Source of the DNA: Nitrospiraceae bacterium
GTDB lineage: Bacteria; Nitrospirota; Nitrospiria; Nitrospirales; Nitrospiraceae
Assembly: GCA_050246315.1 (NCBI GenBank)
Contig: JBFWWG010000002.1
Location: 332,811 to 396,810 of the forward strand
Direction of reading: 5' to 3'
Length of the DNA stretch: 64,000 nucleotides
Shown: positions 59,201 through 64,000 of the stretch, piece after piece
Layout: every line of letters begins with the position of its first letter
Position numbering within the stretch: position 1 is the stretch's first letter
Translations under genes and position numbers: made by a program
The notes under the pieces: generated by a model
The model's input: the letters and a program-made list of their open reading frames with translations, nothing else
Told to the model about the DNA's origin: nothing
Database searches by the model: none

Positions 59201-59631
59201 AAATACAACTTGGCATGTAGAGGATGCCGGAGGAACAGTTTGACTATAACCTTCTTGGATTTAATCTGTTCTGCCAGCTTGCGTAATCCCGCTTCGTCTT
59301 CGTTGGTAGGAATGCCAACGCTCAATTGCTCGCGGAACTCTTCGGCGAGCTTCTTCTTGAGGCGAATTGCCGTCTGATTGTCTATCTCGCCATCTCGGCT
59401 TATCAGGCTCAGAGCTTCCCGTAATTCGTCTTGCGGCAACCGCTGCATGCCGACCAATAAGCGGCAGCAGTGCCCGTCTCCTCCGGACCACTTCTCAATA
59501 TACGAGTCGAGCTGCTTCCATCCCCGAAGGTTGAAATACCCAACACAGAAGTCGGCACGGTCAGCAACTTGGATTGTTTCGCGCAGCGCTGGCAGGAGAG
59601 ATTGTTCGATGTTGTCAAAGATACGAGGCAT
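56245..59631 (-). CDS. PLD-nuclease + SNF2-family helicase
   Basis: N-terminal CVGYF...LHAKLY...GSSNLT..GL....ELN; DVVGLGKT, LIDESHNLRN, LSATP, LIFTQF.DT, ATDVLSEGQNLQ, QRAGRVDRIG. Confidence 0.93.
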   Translation of the reverse strand: MPRIFDNIEQSLLPALRETIQVADRADFCVGYFNLRGWKQLDSYIEKWSGGDGHCCRLLVGMQRLPQDELREALSLISRDGEIDNQTAIRLKKKLAEEFREQLSVGIPTNEDEAGLRKLAEQIKSKKVIVKLFLRHPLHAKLYLLFRPDPINPSVGYLGSSNLTLAGLSKQGELNVDVLDHDACQKLAKWFEDRWTDRWCVDISEELVRFIEESWAREELVPPYHIYIKMAYHLSQEARAGLSEFRIPRDFGKRLFEFQTAAVKIAAHHLNKRGGVLIGDVVGLGKTLMATALARIFEDDHGLETLIICPKNLVPMWEDYRAQYRLLAKVLSISQVVGELPNLRRYRLVLIDESHNLRNREGKRYRAIQEYIQANESKCILLSATPYNKTYLDLSNQLRLFVKEDKDLGVRPERLIRELTETEFIRRHQCSVRSLAAFEKSEYADDWRELMRLYMVRRTRSFIQDNYAQTDPTSGRRFLTFEDGSRSYFPIRVPRTVTFKIDDANPADQYARLYADDIVNTINALNLPRYGLGNYVAATPHEPPTQAEARLLQDLSRAGKRLMGFCRTNLFKRLESSGQAFLQSIERHILRNHVYLDAIEHKKPIPIGTQDAEMLDARIYDEDADAPGAKTGLFEDDENDQEQERPLTGSLRKAKDFISRGAEIYEEYAGQYKRRFKWLPSGLFVKSLENDLRSDTEALLKVLQLCGEWDSNKDAKLQALVNLLKKKHPNDKVLIFTQFADTVRYLETQLAARGVSSLAGATGDSPNPTALAWRFSPDSNDKRDRLKPGEELRVLIATDVLSEGQNLQDAAIVVNFDLPWAIIRLVQRAGRVDRIGQKAENILCYSFLPAEGVERIIRLRARVRRRLQENAEVVGTDEAFFEDDRNDNAILNLYHEKAGILDGEADTEVDLASYAYQIWKNAITADPSLQKTIPDLPPVIYATRAHDPTNKQPGGVLVYLRTAEGNDALAWIDKNGTAVTESQFAILQAAACSSDTPALPRQSNHHELVQKGVELIVTEEKTVGGQLGRPSGARFRTYERLKRHAEHVKGTLFESLELLKAIDEIYRYPLRQAAVDTLNRQLRSGVSDEALAELVIALREEDRLCLIHEEEQTQEPRIICSMGLSAPE

Positions 59632-59742
59632 CAGAAGTACTCATAACCGGTGCAAATCTGTCTCACAGTTTCAAATGTACCTACATACAAGGCCTGCCAG
59701 GCAGTTGAGCAGGTTGGGACAACTCCTTATCAGAAATAAGCT

Positions 59743-60006
59743 ATGTGTGTGGACACATGGGAGCAGGCGGCTGTGCCGGCTAGCTCGCAAGAAACGTCCA
59801 TATATCGAGGCGAGAGTTTAGCGAATTACGCTGAAAAAGCCAATGAGAGCGGCCGGATAAGCTCTGCTTTTCGGGAAACAGTCTTGTGTTCGAGCCGCCA
59901 AGAATTTCGACAGCTCATCTTGGAGTACGCAGTGAGCACCCTTGCTTCATGGGCCCTTATCGACGAGCTTCTTCGGTTGGACCGCTTGCTGCAAGAACGC
60001 CGCTAA
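59743..60006 (+). CDS. Hypothetical small protein
   Basis: 87-aa ORF with a helical-looking C-terminus; no family recognised. Confidence 0.4.
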   Translation: MCVDTWEQAAVPASSQETSIYRGESLANYAEKANESGRISSAFRETVLCSSRQEFRQLILEYAVSTLASWALIDELLRLDRLLQERR

Positions 60007-60661
60007 CTCGCTGGGCACATCCCATCTATCCATCAAGGACATGATTATCCTCCTTGCTCCAGGAACTCAGTGAGCCTAGAATTTTGTTAGCATGTCCCCG
60101 GCTGATCTATACATCGCACTCTGGCTGCTTTCGCATTCTGCGGCAAGCGTGCCCTACAGTGGGTTCATCTGCTCTAACAGTTCCACCCCTCCCCTCTGCA
60201 CTCACCAGGTCTCTTCCGCAAGCCTTCCCTTGTTCAGCTCTTTGTACGACGGCGACTACCCTCTTCCTCCCACGCAGGGTTTTCCCGATTGGTTCTTCTC
60301 CTACCGAGACCGGACGGCACATCACGCTACCCCTCCCACGAGTTGCAGTGAATCATCCGAGCACGCCTTGGATGGCGGGACACCGTCCATCTTCACCTTC
60401 TACCCAGATCGGTCTCCGAGCCAGACCGGCTCAGACCTCGAAACCTGCCACGACAAGGTCTTCTAGCTACCTCCGTCTCGAACCACGGCCTGACCTCACG
60501 TTTCCCCCTCGGTAATTCACGAGTTCTGGGCTCACCCTGACGCACGACAATGTCCCCTCCCCGAGACCCTCTCCGAAATGGGGGAGGGAAAGGTTGGGGG
60601 GAGCGGGCCCGCGGCGGGCAGGGATCCGCTGAAATCGGTCTGTTCGAGGAGGTGAATCGCT

Positions 60662-61099
60662 ATGCAGGAGATCATCTGTGACCTGTGGGAATTGTACGAT
60701 CAAGGCTTCTTCATAGGGGTGCCTACGAACGGCGACTGTCGCCGGGATGGCCGTGCGGTCATGGGTGCGGGAGTGGCCTTGGCAGCTGCCAACCGATTCC
60801 CGAACCTGCCGATTCTCCTCGGAGCGAAGCTCCGTGCTTCTGGAAACCATGCCTACTACTGGCATGAGTGCCGGCTCGTGACATTGCCGACGAAGGAAAC
60901 ATGGACGCAACCCTCGAATCTCGGCCTCATTGAGCGGACCGCCCGAGAAGCCGTCCACCTCGCCGATCATAACCGACTCACCACGATCTACTGCCCCCGA
61001 CTGGGCTGTGGACTCGGCGGCCTCGCGTGGAAAGACGTCGCCTCCGTCCTGGCCAGCTTGTGGGATGGCCGCTTCATCATTGTCCACCCGGCTGCATAA
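60662..61099 (+). CDS. Stand-alone macrodomain (ADP-ribose-binding/hydrolase-like) protein
   Basis: PTNG...AVMGAGVA...RFP...LVTLPTK..W...S.L.LIE...PRLGCGLGGLAW; SD AGGAGG. Confidence 0.85.
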   Translation: MQEIICDLWELYDQGFFIGVPTNGDCRRDGRAVMGAGVALAAANRFPNLPILLGAKLRASGNHAYYWHECRLVTLPTKETWTQPSNLGLIERTAREAVHLADHNRLTTIYCPRLGCGLGGLAWKDVASVLASLWDGRFIIVHPAA

Positions 61100-61230
61100 C
61101 GCTATCCCCAGCATCCCCGAAAACTCACCACATCGCGATCCAACGGTCAGTAGTACCCAGAATGAGCACCGACAATGCGCAAGGGGGGCACCGTGCACGT
61201 CCGTCAGATGAGGAGGACGAAGAGACGGCC

Positions 61231-61512
61231 ATGAATCCGCTGAAAGTCATCGAGCAACGCTGTCCCGATCGCCCGCTATGGGACCCTATTCTTAAGGTCA
61301 TGCCCGAGAAGAGCGTCGCGCAATTCATGTTCATGGGAGAGGTGCTATGCGAGAGTGGAACCCGCATCTTTCTGTACAAGCACATCTGGAGCCGGCGCTA
61401 TATCAATCTGGATCAGCAAGGACAGGCCTACCAGTTCCACGCTTCTGAGCAGGGCTCCCACTACGTCCCCGTCGAGCTTTCTGGCGCCATCCGTCGCGCC
61501 TCAACCTTTTAG
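61231..61512 (+). CDS. Hypothetical protein
   Basis: P.W.P....FMFMG....IFLYKHIWSRRYINLD..G.AY motif-rich sequence; SD GAGGAGG upstream. Confidence 0.65.
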   Translation: MNPLKVIEQRCPDRPLWDPILKVMPEKSVAQFMFMGEVLCESGTRIFLYKHIWSRRYINLDQQGQAYQFHASEQGSHYVPVELSGAIRRASTF

Positions 61513-61589
61513 ATCAGCCGCAAGCGAGCGCGATGCAGATGATGTGACTTCATTCCTCACGTAGACCACCCGACAAGCCACAGTCTCCC

Positions 61590-61910
61590 TTGACGCGTGA
61601 ACGCCGCACGCAGGATACTTCACCCGTGAGTCCCATCCTTCCGGATCAGACGGACCTCGAATCGCAGCTCGGAATCCTCCTCCGCACCGGCCGCGCGGCG
61701 GGATTCTCGAGCGAACGCTTCGACCAGTGTCTCCGGCTGATCGCCCAGATTCCGTCCCCCGATTCCCAGAAGGCGTGGTTCGATCTGTTCTACGAACAGT
61801 GGACGGAGTTTTCCCGGACGCCGGACTGCTTGCAGGGCCCGTTGAAAGAGTCCTTCGAGTCACGGCTGGCTCGCCTTCGTGCCCAGATCGAGCAGCAGCG
61901 CCGAGATTAA
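61590..61910 (+). CDS. Hypothetical protein (start uncertain)
   Basis: 106-aa helical ORF co-oriented with its neighbours. Confidence 0.5.
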   Translation: MTRERRTQDTSPVSPILPDQTDLESQLGILLRTGRAAGFSSERFDQCLRLIAQIPSPDSQKAWFDLFYEQWTEFSRTPDCLQGPLKESFESRLARLRAQIEQQRRD

Positions 61911-61942
61911 CCTTTCCTTCTTCCCCACCAGCAGGAGTCATC

Positions 61943-62425
61943 ATGAACAACGCCCGCTCTTGGATCGCCGTTGTCAGTCTCTTTGATTGGGCCCGCATCC
62001 ACGAGTTCTGCCGCGAGCACGATATCGCCAAGGGCAACAGCCCCTGGCACATGTTCGATGCGCCGACGGGCGGGGCGATCAACTGCTGGACGATCGACGA
62101 GTCGCACTGGCAACGGATGGGCGAACTGTGCGGAACCTTCTACCCCGAACGATCCGACGGCCAGCATCCAGGTATCATCATCGAGGACATCATGGCCGGC
62201 AAGGTCGCACCGGAAGCCCTGCTCCAGGGCGGCTTCATGGCGGGGACTGAGGCTGTGATTGTCCGGTTCTCCCCCGCGAATCCCAATGACACGATCGAGG
62301 CCGAAGTGTGTGCTGCCTGGTCGGTCGAGCAAGCCCGTGAGTTATTCAACAAGTTGCACCTGCGTGTGTTGCAACGGCCCTTGCCCGCGCCCTCTCCTCC
62401 AGCGCCTCAGCCACTCCAACAATAG
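61943..62425 (+). CDS. Hypothetical protein
   Basis: SD AGGAG before ATG 61943; 160 aa with a Pro-rich tail. Confidence 0.65.
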   Translation: MNNARSWIAVVSLFDWARIHEFCREHDIAKGNSPWHMFDAPTGGAINCWTIDESHWQRMGELCGTFYPERSDGQHPGIIIEDIMAGKVAPEALLQGGFMAGTEAVIVRFSPANPNDTIEAEVCAAWSVEQARELFNKLHLRVLQRPLPAPSPPAPQPLQQ

Positions 62426-62536
62426 CCCTCCTTTGTGAACGAGACAATTCTCGGATGGCCCGCAAGCGGGCAGTGCTCCAGCCTGCCTGACATGTCTGTG
62501 CGTCCATGATCTTTATCTTTGTTGAAGGAGGTTGCC

Positions 62537-62908
62537 ATGGCTGAGCAGGACATCAAGATTCTGACGCTTTCCGGTCGCATCACGCATAAGCCCGAATTGT
62601 TCCAGCACCAGGAAGGATCCTCCCTTGAGTTTTCGATCGCGGTGCACTCCAACGGGTTTTATGCCAAGGCCGACGATCCGGAGTACTGGGACATCAAGGT
62701 CCTCGGTGCATCGGAGAAGCTAGCCAACACGCTGGAGAAAGGGCAGCACGTGAAACTGACCGGGAATCCCCAGATCCGGACCTACATAAAGGAGGGAGTC
62801 CGGCATAAGGCGGTCACCGTGATCGTCATCGATCCGCGATTGCTGATCCTCGGACCCAAAGCGAAGCAACCGAAACCGCCTGAACTTGTCAATTCGGCTG
62901 CGGCTTGA
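62537..62908 (+). CDS. ssb: SSB-like OB-fold protein
   Basis: LTLSGRITHKPEL...FSIAV...EYWDIKV.G...LANTLEKGQHVKLTG....RTY; SD AAGGAGG; no acidic C-terminal tail. Confidence 0.7.
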   Translation: MAEQDIKILTLSGRITHKPELFQHQEGSSLEFSIAVHSNGFYAKADDPEYWDIKVLGASEKLANTLEKGQHVKLTGNPQIRTYIKEGVRHKAVTVIVIDPRLLILGPKAKQPKPPELVNSAAA

Positions 62909-62981
62909 CGCATCAAGCGACGCTCATTTGCCTGACCTCATTGTGTATCGGTCATCTATTATGTTGGAGGAGGATCATCCC

Positions 62982-64000
62982 ATGGAATGTGCGACATGCC
63001 TAACAGACTTGTACCCACCTGAGCTCATTGTTCAGCCGGAGTTCGATCCGGAAGACACCCTTCCCCCTCTCTACGACCGCTATGTGCTGCTCTCGAACGA
63101 CAACGAAGAGGTCGTGGTCACCTTCCTCGTCGCGCTGCATGCCGCCCATCTGGAGCAATGGGCTCGCCGAGACCAGGAACGCCGATTGTCGGGGGAGACA
63201 CGCTTCGCGGACGAGGATCCCAGACCGGAGTTCCCGCTGATCATCAAACGATCACAGAGGGCTGGCGCGCCCCGATTCGCTGTGCTCCCCAACGGCCGGC
63301 GAGTTCTTCTCCTCGATGCGCATCGGGTCTACTTCCTCTGCGGCATCGCGGGCGTCCTCTCCCTCGAAGAGGCGAAAGCCCGGAACCACACGAGACTCGG
63401 CTACAGGCTGTGCCCGGGCTGTCAGGGGAAACATCTGCCTCCATCCGCCGCGACAATCTCCAAGGCTAAAGCAGTCGCAGTCAACGAGTGCCCTGCAGAG
63501 ACCTGCCCCAAGTGCCACGCGCCCAAGGCCTCCTCCTATATTCCAGACGGGCCCGACCACAGCCGGTGCCTTCTCTGCGGCCAGTATGACTACCATGCGG
63601 CGCCAGACCAGCTCACCAGCGATGAAATGGACCAGAACGAGGATGCGATTGCCAGCATGCTCTTCGCCCAGGGAGACCTCGAAGCCGCATTCCCCTCACT
63701 CGGAGACGACCTCAGCGAAGAGCCTTTCGATGTGGATCCCGATAGCTTTCCAACAGACTCTGAAGGCAGTGAAGAGTGCCGCAAAGGGTTCGATCTCCAT
63801 GAAGAAGAGCTTGCCGACCTCCTCGCGAACACGTCGCAAGACCTCGCCGATCTCGGCGACCGCATGCACAAGCCCGCGTTCGACCTCTTCCTGACCCGCC
63901 ATCCCCTCCGGAAGAAGCTGATCGACCTGGCTCTCCGTGGCGCCGACCATACCGAGTCACGTATGGCCCTCTGGGCAGCGGCCGGCCGGATCCTTGAGGT
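62982..64000 (+). CDS. Hypothetical multi-Zn-ribbon protein with an acidic region (runs off the window's right edge)
   Basis: Not in the ORF track. SD GGAGGAGG, ATG 62982, frame open to the end of the window. Contains CATC, CPGC, CPKC, CLLC and an Asp/Glu-rich stretch. Confidence 0.75.
   Translation, partial: MECATCLTDLYPPELIVQPEFDPEDTLPPLYDRYVLLSNDNEEVVVTFLVALHAAHLEQWARRDQERRLSGETRFADEDPRPEFPLIIKRSQRAGAPRFAVLPNGRRVLLLDAHRVYFLCGIAGVLSLEEAKARNHTRLGYRLCPGCQGKHLPPSAATISKAKAVAVNECPAETCPKCHAPKASSYIPDGPDHSRCLLCGQYDYHAAPDQLTSDEMDQNEDAIASMLFAQGDLEAAFPSLGDDLSEEPFDVDPDSFPTDSEGSEECRKGFDLHEEELADLLANTSQDLADLGDRMHKPAFDLFLTRHPLRKKLIDLALRGADHTESRMALWAAAGRILE

Noticed and set aside
52965..59631. Naming the helicase/MTase pair DISARM or BREX
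   Set aside because: No DrmA/DrmB (DUF1998), PglZ or BrxC genes are in the window.
60092..60466. 124-aa Ser/Pro-rich ORF
   Set aside because: No SD, low-complexity composition and competing overlapping frames; coding status is unsupported.

Overview
Bacterial, fairly GC-rich DNA. It is Nitrospira-like by inference from its small CxxC proteins and general gene style, but the taxon cannot be proven from the window. The window has two halves. From 1 to about 30.6 kb is a metal(loid)/thiol-stress cargo region. It holds an ArsM-like methyltransferase (partial), a MerR operon with merF but no true merA, a bufferin-type RiPP cluster (DUF2282-DUF692-DUF2063-DoxX) followed by a decayed ECF sigma gene, and a TVP38 / flavin disulfide reductase / DUF3047 operon. 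It also holds an ORF ending in a RAPP arrest-type motif, a sigma-54 activator with its divergent target operon, and a Crp/Fnr regulator. Nine intergenic TGTRAG-N4-CTYACA boxes link most of these units into one apparent regulon. From about 30.9 to 64 kb is a defence and mobile-element region. It holds a cluster of HEPN-motif genes, a LexA-like/ImuB/DnaE2 mutagenesis cassette, and an XRE-IrrE + PIN pair divergent from a complete type III CBASS (Trip13-HORMA-HORMA-CdnD-NucC). Next come DUF72 and RadC, then a long minus-strand run: PLD-SNF2 helicase, adenine methyltransferase, KAP NTPase, Schlafen/AlbA_2, HhH-like protein, GGCT, nuclease and an Asn/Pro repeat protein. The window ends in a leading-region-like set of small genes (macrodomain, SSB, Zn-ribbon protein). 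I saw no rRNA, tRNA, CRISPR array, integrase or transposase. All family calls come from motif recognition by eye, not from database searches.
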